The notes under the pieces were generated by a model, which saw nothing but the letters and a program-made list of their open reading frames with translations, was not told the origin of the DNA and ran no database searches. Position numbers and translations under genes: made by a program. From positions 3,436 to 67,435 of the forward strand of contig JADJAB010000018.1 of NCBI GenBank assembly GCA_016704435.1: a DNA stretch of 64,000 nucleotides. Reading direction: 5' to 3'. The DNA comes from Rhodobacter sp. (GTDB lineage: Bacteria; Pseudomonadota; Alphaproteobacteria; Rhodobacterales; Rhodobacteraceae). The first letter of the stretch is position 1. Every line of letters begins with the position of its first letter. Below, piece after piece: positions 1 to 9,145 of this stretch.

Positions 1-30
1 GGTTTTTGATGTCAGGCCGGGCAGCCTTCG

Positions 31-774
31 TCAACTTTTTTCGGTGGGGTCGGTGGAGCGCCGCATGGAATGACCGTCGAGTTCGAAGCGGTAAGCGTTG
101 TGGACCAGGCGGTCGAGGATGGCATCGGCGAATGTGGGTTCGTCGATGACGTCGCCATGCGGTAACCGGGAGCTGGCTGGTGATCAGGATCGAGCCTCGC
201 TCGTGGCGGTCCTCGACGATTTCCATGAGGTCCCGTCGCTGACCGGCGGTCAGGACGATCCGGACCCCAGTCGTCCAGTATGAGCAAGTCCACTTTCACG
301 AGGGATCGGAACAGGCGTGAAAGCGTCCGTCGCCATGGGCCAGTTCGAGATCGGCGAACAGACGGGGCAACCGCTGGTAGATGACAGTGCAGTTGTCGCG
401 GCAGGCTTTTTGCCCCAGCGCGCAGGCGATCCAGGTCTTTCCGACGCCGCAGGGACCGGTGATCATCAGGTTGCGGGCGTCTTTGATCCAGCGGCTGGTG
501 GCGAGTTGCTGGAACAGGGCCCGGTCCAGTTTACGCGGTGTGCGGAAGTCGACATCCTCAATAGCCGCCCCGATGTGGCGCAGTTTTGCCGCTCGCATGC
601 GGGTCTGGAACCGCCGGGTGTCGCGACTGGCGACTTCGCGGTCGACCAGAAGGCCGAGCCATTCGGCGTGGCTCAGCTCCACGGTGGCGTCTTGCGCCTG
701 CAAGTCGATGAATGCCTCGGCCATGCCGTCGAGCTTCATCTGGCGGAGCAGGTCCAGGTGGGGTGGGTCAACAT
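31..774 (-). pseudogene. istB: IS21 helper ATPase IstB with about 4 single-base indels (probably sequencing errors)
   Basis: Joining frames gives MLTHPTLDLLRQMKL...Walker A GPCGVGKT...LLILDDWG...ITSQLP...ADAILDRLVHNAYRFEL. ORF track pieces are 296-820 and 12-299. Confidence 0.88.
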
Positions 775-785
775 CGTTTGTCCTT

Positions 786-2315
786 TCAATGGAAGTAACC
801 GGGGCCGCGGATATTGCCATGCTGGATCGCGGGCCCGTCTGCGGCCGGTTCGGGCCGTTTGCGATGGAGGTTGTTCTTCAGGATCGAATTGACCGAGGAA
901 TAGGACCGCGCCCCGATCATGAGCGCCCGCTCGCAGGCTGCTTCCAGCGCCTCGGGGCCGTGCGGTTTGGCCAGGCGCATGATGCCGAGGCAGGAGCGGA
1001 ACCCCTGCTCGGGGTGGCTGCGGTCGCGCAGGATTACCTCAACCAGCGTCGCGGTATTGGGCCCGATCTTCGCAGCCCAGTTCTTCAGCCGCTCGGGCGA
1101 CCATTCGGAGTGGCGCTGATGGCTGGCCGGCATGTGATCGGCGATGGTGGTGTGCTTGCGATTGGACGAGGTCCTGGCGTGGGCGGCGACACGTTTGCCG
1201 TGGTGGAAAATCTCGACCGTCCGCGCCGTGAGTCGGACCCAGACCTTCTCCCGCAGCAGGCTGTGCGGGGCCGAGTAGTAATGCTTGTCCACCTCGACGT
1301 GGTAATCGAGGCCGACAGTGCACTGCTTCCATTCAGAGAAAACGTAGGGCTCCGCGGGCAAGGACCGCAGGGCGGATCGCTCGACCTGATTGAACAGGTC
1401 CCGGCGGCTGGCGCCGAGATGCCGGGTCACCCGGTCGTTCAGCCGGTCAAGGAGGACGCGGATGGCGGCGTTCAATTCCGCCAACGAGAAGAACCGCTGG
1501 TTGCGCAGGCGCGCCGCGATCCAGCGCTCTGCGATCTGGACGGCGACTTCCACCTTCGCCTTTGTCGCGGGCTTGCGCGGTCGGGCCGGCACGACTGCCG
1601 TGCCGTAATGCGCGGCCATGTCGGCGTAGGTCCGGTTCACTGCCGGTTCATAAAAGCAGGCCTTGGTCACGCCGGACTTCAGGTTGTCGCATACCACCTG
1701 CGCCGGGACGCCGCCGAAGTAGCTGAAAGCCCGGCAATGCGCGCCGATCCAGTCTGACAGGCTCTGGCTCCAGCTTGCCTCGGCATAGGTCAGGTTCGAG
1801 GCCCCCAGCGTGGCCACGAACAACTGCGCCTGACGAACCTCGCCAGTTGCCGCGTCAATGACGGCCAGCATGGTGCCGGCGTAATCAACGAAGACCCGTT
1901 CACCGGCAACATGGTGCTGGCGCATCACTGGCGTCAGGCGCCCTGTCCAGCGGCGGTGGAGATCGCAGAACCGGCTGTATCCATAGCCTTCCGGATGAAC
2001 GGCGCGGTATTCCTCCCACAGCAGGGACAGCGTCACGCCCGGGCGCTTGAGCTCGCGGTGGATCGCCGGCCAATCCGGTTGCGCCTCGACAAGCCGGATG
2101 GCGCCACCGATCGGATGAAACAGCAGCGCTTCCAACGCGGCGTCCGTCATCTCCGCTGCAAGCGGCCACGTGAGCGCGGCCCGTTCAATCCGCTTCAGAT
2201 ACTCACTGGCGGTGCTCTGCCCGACACCAAGGCTCGTCGCGATCTTCCGGGTCGACAATCCGCTGGCGTGAAGCCGCAGCGCTTCTCTGATCTTCCGCAT
2301 CGTCAGTCTCTTCAT
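786..2315 (-). CDS. istA: IS21 DDE transposase IstA
   Basis: 509-aa ORF with an N-terminal HTH, VFVDYAG, VVCDNLKSGV and KAKVEVAVQ motifs, and a GYFH C-terminus. Confidence 0.95.
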   Translation of the reverse strand: MKRLTMRKIREALRLHASGLSTRKIATSLGVGQSTASEYLKRIERAALTWPLAAEMTDAALEALLFHPIGGAIRLVEAQPDWPAIHRELKRPGVTLSLLWEEYRAVHPEGYGYSRFCDLHRRWTGRLTPVMRQHHVAGERVFVDYAGTMLAVIDAATGEVRQAQLFVATLGASNLTYAEASWSQSLSDWIGAHCRAFSYFGGVPAQVVCDNLKSGVTKACFYEPAVNRTYADMAAHYGTAVVPARPRKPATKAKVEVAVQIAERWIAARLRNQRFFSLAELNAAIRVLLDRLNDRVTRHLGASRRDLFNQVERSALRSLPAEPYVFSEWKQCTVGLDYHVEVDKHYYSAPHSLLREKVWVRLTARTVEIFHHGKRVAAHARTSSNRKHTTIADHMPASHQRHSEWSPERLKNWAAKIGPNTATLVEVILRDRSHPEQGFRSCLGIMRLAKPHGPEALEAACERALMIGARSYSSVNSILKNNLHRKRPEPAADGPAIQHGNIRGPGYFH

Positions 2316-2395
2316 GGGGCCGCCTGCTCTGTTTGAAAGAGCAAGCGTAGCCCGCCGCAGGACTGCCCAGCAGCGTCAGAACCTCACCCCGAAAG

Positions 2396-2490
2396 GGTGA
2401 CCGGATACCCCGGAATCGGTGACCGGATCAGATTGGAATCCCCGACCGGATCAAATCGGAATCCCCGACCGGATCACCCCGGAATGCGCA
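2396..2490. repeat. IS21 left-end array of transposase-binding repeats
   Basis: Four repeats of (t/c)gaccggat-N-ggaatc, for example ccgaccggatcaaatcggaatc and ccgaccggatcaccccggaat. Confidence 0.85.
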
Positions 2491-2586
2491 AATCACGCGG
2501 GCCGACCGCCCTCAAGCAGATCAATGGGTCCTGACCCTAGGGTATTTCTATAAATCAACCAACCGACGTGATCTGGCGGTAGTGTC

Positions 2587-3475
2587 TCAGTTTGAATTAT
2601 CTTTTTTCCGGTAGGGTCCGCGCGGCTTGGGTGCGGGTGCAGCGGCGTCAATGATCCCGACCAGCCAAGTCATGTCGTGCAGCGTCTTTGTTACGCCAGC
2701 GGCCATTGCCGGGGTCATCTTGAGCGTCTTGTGCATCCGCACGAAGTTATAATGCACGAAGTAGAGCGACAGCATGTGCAGGTGGTTTTGCAGCTTGCTG
2801 AAACCGTTGGTCAGGCGCGTGAAGCGGCGCATACCCATGCGCATGGTCAGGTTCTGGCGTTCCACATGCGACGTGCTGACCATTTCCTTAACCGGGTAGC
2901 CGCTTATCAGTTCTTTCCGCGCGCCGGTGCATTCGGCGGGGCTATACTTGCGCTCGTGTCCCTTAGCGCCCGTAGCATCGCCATACAGCTTGATCAGCAT
3001 GGCATAGTCCACATCGCCGCCGAACGCGCCTTCAACCGCTTCAAGGTAAGCCTTGTGCCCGTCCGTAGTCAGTTGGACGCGGTTTGCCAGACGGGCGCGC
3101 AGATCGTCCATGAACTCGATTGCGGTTGCGCCCGAACGGTCGCCGACCTCAAAAGACAGGATCATCTTGCTATCGCGGTCAATGGCGGTCCACGTCCACA
3201 CGTCGCCTGCACCAACCGGAGCGGATTTGGCGGTCGCCACATTCTTGTCTTTGCTGTAACAGAACGACCAGATTTCATCGCACTGGACCTGTTGCGCTTT
3301 CACATCGCGCACCGTCACGTCATGGTATGCAGCGCAAGCCTTGCCAGCGTCCTCAAGCAGCTTGGTCACTGTGTTGATCGAAACACCCGTGATGCGGCTA
3401 ATCGAACGCGTGGACGAACCCCTCAACGAGCATGTTGGAGGATGGTGACGCGGTTTTGATGTCTAGCTTGTTCAT
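2587..3475 (-). CDS. IS1-family DDE transposase (apparent indels in the first ~20 codons)
   Basis: QCDEIWSF, WTWTAID, QLTTDGHKAY and STSHVERQNLTMR motifs. The reconstructed start is MNKLDIKTRVTILNMLVEGSS at 3475. The stop codon lies inside the left IR. Confidence 0.85.
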
Positions 3476-3594
3476 GTTGATGAGATATGAACTTTATGCT
3501 TAGCGTCATATAATCACACATCGCCTTTCTGCTTGCACATAATTTCATGCAAACATGCTTGCTGTGTTCGTATAGCAAGCAGGAGTCCGCGAAG

Positions 3595-4644
3595 ATGGAT
3601 GACGACTTTCACTCTCGTGGTGGAGCGGCTCGCGCCATGCGGCTTTCCCCAGAAGAACGCAGTGCCATTGCCCGCAAGGCGGCTCTAGCGAGACACGGTA
3701 AGAAAATGCCTCATGCAGTAGCGGAGGGCACTCTGATTGTCGGAGACTTGCGCATCCCTTGCGCCGTCCTTGACGATGACCACGGCAACATGCGCGTCCT
3801 GACTCAGGAAGGCTTCCTAAACGCTATTGGTCGGGCGGGAAAAGCGAAGGGTGGAGAAGGCGCAGGGGTCGACGGGAAAGCCGCTTTCCTACGCGCAAAG
3901 AATCTAGAACCCTTCATTTCCAATGACTTGATAGTGTCGACAACTCCCATAGAGTTCGTGCCACTGCGCGGCCCTGGCTATCAAGGTCGCGCCTTTGGCT
4001 ACAAGGCATCCCTGCTACCTGATGTTTGCTGGGTGTATCAGGATGCAATGATCGCGCAAAAATTGCTGCCCAGCCAACGGCACATCGGCGAAGCATCGCG
4101 CGCCTTCCTGAAGGGGCTGACCAATCACGCTATTGAGGATTTGGTCGACCTTGCCACCGGATTCGGCGATCTTCGCAAGCGGCGCGCAATTGACCTGATC
4201 ATTGAGAAATACGTCTCCGCTGAACGTCTGCCTTACATGCAAATGTTTGATTTGGATTTCTACCGTAACGTCTACCGCTTGAATGGGTGGGCATTTGACC
4301 CGGAAAAATCCGCGCGACCCGGCGTTATCGGCCACTATACCAACGACATTTACGACCGCCTCGCGCCGGGAGTAAAGGATGCTCTACACTCAAAAGTGAA
4401 ACGGAACTCTAAGGGCCGACCTACGGAGAAGCTGACACAATACATGACGAAGGACGAAGGGAAATTGCGCCTGAAGGAACTGCTTGGCGGGGTCAAACTT
4501 CTCATGACTCAGTCACCAGACTGGCAGCACTTCAAGGTGCTACTGGACCAATACTACCCACGCTTCGGTGACACCATGCAGTTGCCCCTAGGGCACAACA
4601 TTTATGCACTGCCTCGGCCTAGCCAGAATGACCCCACCGTTTAG
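3595..4644 (+). CDS. P63C-domain protein (phage-associated) with an N-terminal basic helical motif
   Basis: AGGAG RBS at 3581. 349 aa. The C-terminal half has FDLDFYRNVYRLNGW...RPGVIGHYTNDIYDRLAPGV...KLTQY, characteristic of P63C. The CAVLDD...RVLTQEG segment is typical of these proteins. Confidence 0.72.
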   Translation: MDDDFHSRGGAARAMRLSPEERSAIARKAALARHGKKMPHAVAEGTLIVGDLRIPCAVLDDDHGNMRVLTQEGFLNAIGRAGKAKGGEGAGVDGKAAFLRAKNLEPFISNDLIVSTTPIEFVPLRGPGYQGRAFGYKASLLPDVCWVYQDAMIAQKLLPSQRHIGEASRAFLKGLTNHAIEDLVDLATGFGDLRKRRAIDLIIEKYVSAERLPYMQMFDLDFYRNVYRLNGWAFDPEKSARPGVIGHYTNDIYDRLAPGVKDALHSKVKRNSKGRPTEKLTQYMTKDEGKLRLKELLGGVKLLMTQSPDWQHFKVLLDQYYPRFGDTMQLPLGHNIYALPRPSQNDPTV

Positions 4645-4855
4645 CCGCCGCCTTCTTCGCAATCTCGGCCCGTCGCTCTGGCGTCATGCTTGCAGCGCGG
4701 GCCTTTCCGCCCTTCTTGCCCATAGCCTGAGCGGCCTTGTCCTTGCCGTCATCCTCCGGCGCGTCCTCGACCTCACCCGTGGCGATCTTGCCTATCAGCA
4801 CCGCCAGCCCCACCGCGTCGGCGGGGCGCTTTTCTCCGTTTGGTCCTTTAGGCAT
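4619..4855 (-). CDS. small basic hypothetical protein (78 aa, KGG-like motif), IS passenger
   Basis: GGAGG RBS upstream. MPKGPNGEKRPADAVGLAV...GKKGGKARAASMTPERRAEIAKKAAAKRW. This type of protein is seen next to IS1/IS1595 transposases. Confidence 0.75.
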   Translation of the reverse strand: MPKGPNGEKRPADAVGLAVLIGKIATGEVEDAPEDDGKDKAAQAMGKKGGKARAASMTPERRAEIAKKAAAKRWGHSG

Positions 4856-5005
4856 GGTGTCCTCCGTATGCTTACCGTCTAGCATATAGGAAGCGCGGGG
4901 CGATTGCGACACCTGTCAACCCCGCCCATTTTCAAACTGAGACACTACCGAGCAGCGAGGTCGCCAGTGGTGCTTCAGGGGCAGCCGAAGGTCTAATGCG
5001 GGCGG

Positions 5006-6901
5006 CCCAAGTTCGACAGTTAGCGGTAGGTTTTTGGGCCTGAGGGTTGCCTCGCTTGAGTGATTTCAATGGGTTGCGGGGTGCGCCGGTCGGGTTTGGG
5101 CGAAATCGTGTTGTAACACGCCATGATGTAAATTGCGTTGCGATACAGGCGAAAGCCGATGTATCGTTCGTCCAATGTATACGCGCATCTCAGAATCCGG
5201 CGGTCGTCGCTACCTGCAACTCGTCGAGGGGCATCGCGACGAGCTTGGGAAGGTGCGCATCAGGGTCGTCGCCAATTTGGGCCGGCTCGACAAACTCAGT
5301 CCCGGCCAGCTCGACCCTTTGATCAACGGCCTCAATCGCGCGGTAGGACGGCTCGAAAATACCGCTTCAGACATTGCCTATGAATCTTCGCTCTCCTACG
5401 GCGACGTCTTCGCCCTCCACGAACTCTGGAAGGACCTCGGCTTTGACCGCGCCCTCAGCCGTGCTTTGCGCTCGGGCCGGCGCGAGATCGATGCCGAGGC
5501 GCTGATCCGCGCCATGGTGTTCAACCGCCTCTGCGCTCCGGATAGCAAGCTGGGCTGTCTCCGTTGGCTGGAAACGGTAGCCATGCCCGCGATGCCCGAG
5601 GGCGTGACCCATCAGCATTTGCTGCGCGCCATGGATGCGCTGATGGATCATGCCGAGGTCGTGGAGATCGAACTTGCCCGTCAGATCCGCCCCCTCGTGG
5701 ATCAGGATCTGGCGATTGTCTTCTATGACCTGACGACGGTGCGCATCCATGGCGAGGGGGAGGTTGACGACGACCTGCGCGCCTTTGGGTTGAACAAGGA
5801 GACTGGCGGCATCGCCCGGCAGTTCGTGCTCGGTGTCGTGCAAACCGCCGAAGGGCTGCCGCTCATGCACACCGTTCACCCGGGCAACATGGCAGAGACC
5901 AAGACCATGCAGGCCATGCTGAAAACCGTGCTGCAGCGCTTTCCGGTGCAGCGCGTCATTCTGGTGGCCGATCGGGGGCTGCTGAGCTTTGAGAACATTG
6001 GCGAACTCACCGCGCTTGCCGATCAGGGCGGTCGCAAGCTTGAGTTCATCCTCGCCGTGCCGGCGCGGCGCTACGGCGAACTGGCTGAGACCTTCCGGGG
6101 GCTGTCTTTCTCCGAGGAGGGCCTGACCGAAGCCACCTTCGCTGGCCATCGGCTGATCGTGGCCCATGATCCGGCCCGCGCCGCCCTGCAATCCGCCCGG
6201 CGGCGGGCGCGGATCGCGGAACTGGACGCCATGGCCGAGAAGCTGGTGACACGGCTCGACGCCCAGGATGCCGGAGAGACCGCCCGGGGCCGCCGTGCCT
6301 CAGACCGGGGCGCCTACAGTCGCTTTGCCCGCGCCGTCGCCGAGGCCGAACTGACCCGCTTCCTCAAAGCCGATTACACCGCTGACCGGTTCTCCTGGGC
6401 GCTCGATGATGATGCTATTGCCGCCGCGGAACTCTTCGACGGCAAACTTGCCCTCCTGACCAACGCGCCCGACCTCACCCCCGCCGAGGCCGTCACCCGG
6501 TACAAGTCTCTCGCGGATATCGAACGTGGATTCCGAGTCCTTAAATCCGATATCGAGATAGCGCCGGTCCATCACCGTCTGCCGGATCGCATCCGCGCCC
6601 ACGCCTTGATCTGCTTCCTCGCCCTCGTGCTCTACCGCGTCATGCGCATGCGCCTGAAGGCAAAGGGACACACCGCGAGCCCGCGCACCGCGCTTGATCT
6701 GCTCGCCCGCATTCAGAAACACACCGCCCATGCCGGGAACCGATCCTTGCATGGCATCAGCAAAACCACTCCGGATCAACTCGATCTCTTTGACGCCATG
6801 AACCTGCCCAAACCTGCCCTCTGACGACCGTTGTTGTCATATTTTTGGCCATCCAGCCATAACAATAACAATCGCTTACGCGATTAACTGATGAACTTGG
6901 G
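5006..6901 (+). mobile_element. IS1634-family insertion sequence
   Basis: 17-bp IRs with 2 mismatches, CCCAAGTTCGACAGTTA (5006-5022) and TAACTGATGAACTTGGG (6885-6901), around one transposase ORF. Confidence 0.88.
5175..6824 (+). CDS. IS1634-family DDE transposase
   Basis: MYTRISESGGRRYLQLVE start, with FYDLTT, LVADRG and YKSLADIERGFRVLKS...RIRAHALICFLAL motifs. Confidence 0.93.
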   Translation: MYTRISESGGRRYLQLVEGHRDELGKVRIRVVANLGRLDKLSPGQLDPLINGLNRAVGRLENTASDIAYESSLSYGDVFALHELWKDLGFDRALSRALRSGRREIDAEALIRAMVFNRLCAPDSKLGCLRWLETVAMPAMPEGVTHQHLLRAMDALMDHAEVVEIELARQIRPLVDQDLAIVFYDLTTVRIHGEGEVDDDLRAFGLNKETGGIARQFVLGVVQTAEGLPLMHTVHPGNMAETKTMQAMLKTVLQRFPVQRVILVADRGLLSFENIGELTALADQGGRKLEFILAVPARRYGELAETFRGLSFSEEGLTEATFAGHRLIVAHDPARAALQSARRRARIAELDAMAEKLVTRLDAQDAGETARGRRASDRGAYSRFARAVAEAELTRFLKADYTADRFSWALDDDAIAAAELFDGKLALLTNAPDLTPAEAVTRYKSLADIERGFRVLKSDIEIAPVHHRLPDRIRAHALICFLALVLYRVMRMRLKAKGHTASPRTALDLLARIQKHTAHAGNRSLHGISKTTPDQLDLFDAMNLPKPAL

Positions 6902-6967
6902 TTGGCCAGATCATGACCGTTCAGTTTTTCCGGCATCACCACGTCGGAAAAGAATCAGATCAGGCCG
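6902..6967 (-). pseudogene. remnant of a response-regulator receiver domain
   Basis: With one indel the minus strand reads DLIL(S)DVVMPEKLNGHDLA, resembling the receiver phospho-Asp motif. It is cut by IS1634 on one side and the IS6 end on the other. Confidence 0.45.
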
Positions 6968-7141
6968 GGCTCTGTCAGAAAACGGCCTGAGCGGACCAGA
7001 GGTGCCGCCGAGCTTGGGAACATGACCAAACCCAGCCTTTTCCGCTATTTCAGGAAGTCGTCGGAGATCATCCGCTTGGCGGTGATGCCGTACGTTCTGT
7101 TCCCGCCGTGACTGTCAAACTGGAGAACTTGCCATGCAAAA
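6968..7141 (+). mobile_element. IS6-family remnant (left IR plus transposase N-terminus), truncated by IS5
   Basis: GGCTCTGTCAGAAAAC end at 6968. 7022-7111 encodes MTKPSLFRYFRKSSEIIRLAVMPYVLFP, matching the typical IS6 start (...IIRLAVMxYVRFPLS). Confidence 0.7.
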
Positions 7142-8118
7142 GGCGTTGTTGCAGAACTCTGACTGCCAAGGATTCACATGGTGAATCCATGCGGTCAGAC
7201 AAGCCACATGAGCAAGCCATCACCCGCCCGCTACCGCACCACGAACTGGTCCGGCTACAACGTGGCGCCAGGGAAGCGCGGGTCGTTGTTGATCCGTTGC
7301 CCGGCAACGCATGCCTGCATGCGTGAGAGGGTGGCTGGACAATGACATGACCTGGCTTGCGCCGCATGACGGCGGCCCCGGTCGACCTGCGGTGTTTTCC
7401 GATGCCGCGATCCGGTTTTGCCTGACGATCAAGGTCCTGTTCAAACTGCCGCTCAGGCAGACGACAGGCATGGTGGCCAGCATGCCGGGTTTGGCGAACC
7501 TCGATTGGACGGTGCCGGACTATTCGACCTTGTGTCGGCGGCAGAAAACACCGGCCGTCCAGATCCCTTGCAGGCGCGCCAACGGCCCTCTCAATCTGCT
7601 GGTGGACAGCACCGGGATCAAGTTCCTCGGCGGTGGCGCCCTCTCGTGGTTTGCCAGCAAACCGTGAGAGGGGGCGCAAGGTCCATCTGGCCATGGACAC
7701 GGCCACGTCGGACATCCGGGCGGTAGAGTTCACCTCCAGCAGCGATGGCGACAGCCCGGTCTTGCCTGAACTGCTGGATCAGAGCCCGGAGGGCGAAGTG
7801 ATCGGCACGGTGACCGCTGATGGCGCCTATGACACCGCGTCGCCGCCACACGGCCATCATCGACCACCGGGCCACCGCAATCATCCCCATCCGCAAGAAC
7901 GGCCGGCCCTCGGAAAGAAGATTGCCCGGCGGCAACGGCCAGGGAACGAAACGCTACGGGCCACAAGGCACCATGGCCGGGCATCCCGGAAACGCTGGAC
8001 CGGATATCACGTATGAAGTCGGATCGAGGCACTCGGCACCGCCGAGAACCTGCGCGTGAGCTAAACCCAAAGGGAAAAGGCGAAGTCACTCCTCAGGCTG
8101 CAGTTGCGCAACAATGCC
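7142..8118 (+). mobile_element. IS5-family (IS903-like) element, degenerate transposase, copy 1
   Basis: Ends GGCGTTGTTGCAGAACT and imperfect AGTTGCGCAACAATGCC. Frameshifted pieces read MSKPSPARYRTTNWSGYN, LPLRQTTG...PDYSTLCRRQK, LLVDSTGIKF, RKVHLAMD and VTADGAYDT. Confidence 0.9.
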
Positions 8119-8146
8119 CTTCGTGGGGGCCAGCCATGGTTTTCCG

Positions 8147-8178
8147 GGGAGGCCTGCATTTTGACCATGCGGCCTCCC
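8147..8178 (-). terminator. hairpin downstream of etfA copy 1
   Basis: GGGAGGCC-(GCAT..ATGC)-GGCCTCCC stem 10 nt after the etfA stop. The identical hairpin lies at 15685-15716. No clear U-tract. Confidence 0.55.
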
Positions 8179-8188
8179 TCGGTTGGTT

Positions 8189-9142
8189 TCAGAAGTGGTT
8201 TTGCAGTTCTTCGGCGATCTCGAACATGTCGCCGACGATGCCGTAGCGGGCGATGCTGAAGATCGAGGCTTCGGGGTCGGTGTTCACCGCCACGATGGTC
8301 TCGACATGCTTCATGCCCCACTGGTGCTGGACCGAGCCCGAGACGCCCATCGCGATATAGAGCTTGCAACTCGCCGCAAGCTGGCCCGACTGGCCGACCT
8401 GCCGCGCCTTGGGCAGCCAGCCGTTGTCGGCGATGGGCCGCGAGCAGCCGAGCGTGGCGCCCATGCCGCCGGCCAGTTCCAGGAACTGCTCGACATTGCT
8501 CTCGTCGCCAACGCCGCGCCCGATCGACAGGATGAATTCCGAGCCGGGAATGTCGATGCCGCCGGCATCGGCGGGCGGCTTCCAGCCCTCATGCGTGGTG
8601 GCGATATCAGCGGCCGGGGCTGCCATCTCGGTCACCTTGGGCGAACCCGAACCGGCGGCCGGCTCGAACACGTTGGTGCGGATGGTCAAGAGCACCGTCT
8701 CCTTGCCGGGGAAGTCGAGGTCGACCAGCACCTTCTCGGCATAGCCGGCACGGGTGGCGACCAGCGCGCCGTCCTCAAGCCGCAGCGCCTGCACATCGGT
8801 GGCCAGGCCGCAGCCCAGCTTGACCGCGGCAGCCGGCGCGAACGACCAGGCATCGACACCGTGCGCGGTGGCGATCAGCGCGGGCTTGCGCGCCTCGGCC
8901 AGCGCCAGGATCACCGCCTCGGTCAGGTCGGGCTGGAAGTCGTCGCTCGCCTTGATGGCGATCACCTCGTCCACCCCCTCGACCGAGAGCGCGCCGACAA
9001 GCGCCTGCGGATCGGCGGCGATCAGGGCAACCGCCAGCGTGTCGCCCGCCAGCTTGACGCTGCGTGCGGCGGCGATGGCCTCCAGCGACGCCGGGTGCAG
9101 TTCACCCGCGCGCTGTCCGGCAATGACAAGAAGTTCAGCCAT
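8189..9142 (-). CDS. etfA: electron transfer flavoprotein alpha subunit, TMADH-type (copy 1)
   Basis: 317 aa with GCSRPIAD, RQVGQSG and GVSGSVQH FAD motifs. It closely follows my recollection of Methylophilus methylotrophus ETF alpha (VDFPGK..VLLTIR, SIGRG). Confidence 0.95.
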   Translation of the reverse strand: MAELLVIAGQRAGELHPASLEAIAAARSVKLAGDTLAVALIAADPQALVGALSVEGVDEVIAIKASDDFQPDLTEAVILALAEARKPALIATAHGVDAWSFAPAAAVKLGCGLATDVQALRLEDGALVATRAGYAEKVLVDLDFPGKETVLLTIRTNVFEPAAGSGSPKVTEMAAPAADIATTHEGWKPPADAGGIDIPGSEFILSIGRGVGDESNVEQFLELAGGMGATLGCSRPIADNGWLPKARQVGQSGQLAASCKLYIAMGVSGSVQHQWGMKHVETIVAVNTDPEASIFSIARYGIVGDMFEIAEELQNHF

Positions 9143-9145
9143 GGA

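Larger units (their letters stand above)
1..2490 (-). mobile_element. IS21-family insertion sequence (istA-istB); right end lies outside the window
   Basis: istA/istB pair. The left end reads TGCGCATTCCGGGGTGATCCGGTC... on the minus strand ending at 2490 (TG terminus typical of IS21), with several internal ~21-bp repeats at 2396-2490. Confidence 0.93.
2578..4949 (-). mobile_element. IS1-family (ISMhu11-like) transporter IS with two passenger genes, 2,372 bp
   Basis: Perfect 19-bp terminal inverted repeats GGTAGTGTCTCAGTTTGAA (2578-2596) and TTCAAACTGAGACACTACC (4931-4949). They enclose a transposase, a P63C-type gene and a small basic gene. No target duplication seen. Confidence 0.88.

Noticed and set aside
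2396-2490. Short repeat array resembling a mini-CRISPR or iterons
   Set aside because: No unique spacers and no cas or rep genes. It is the normal multi-repeat end of IS21.
2527-2560. TGACCCTAGG shared with 13861, a possible IS end or CTAG target
   Set aside because: A 10-bp match with no partner IR or transposase, compatible with chance.
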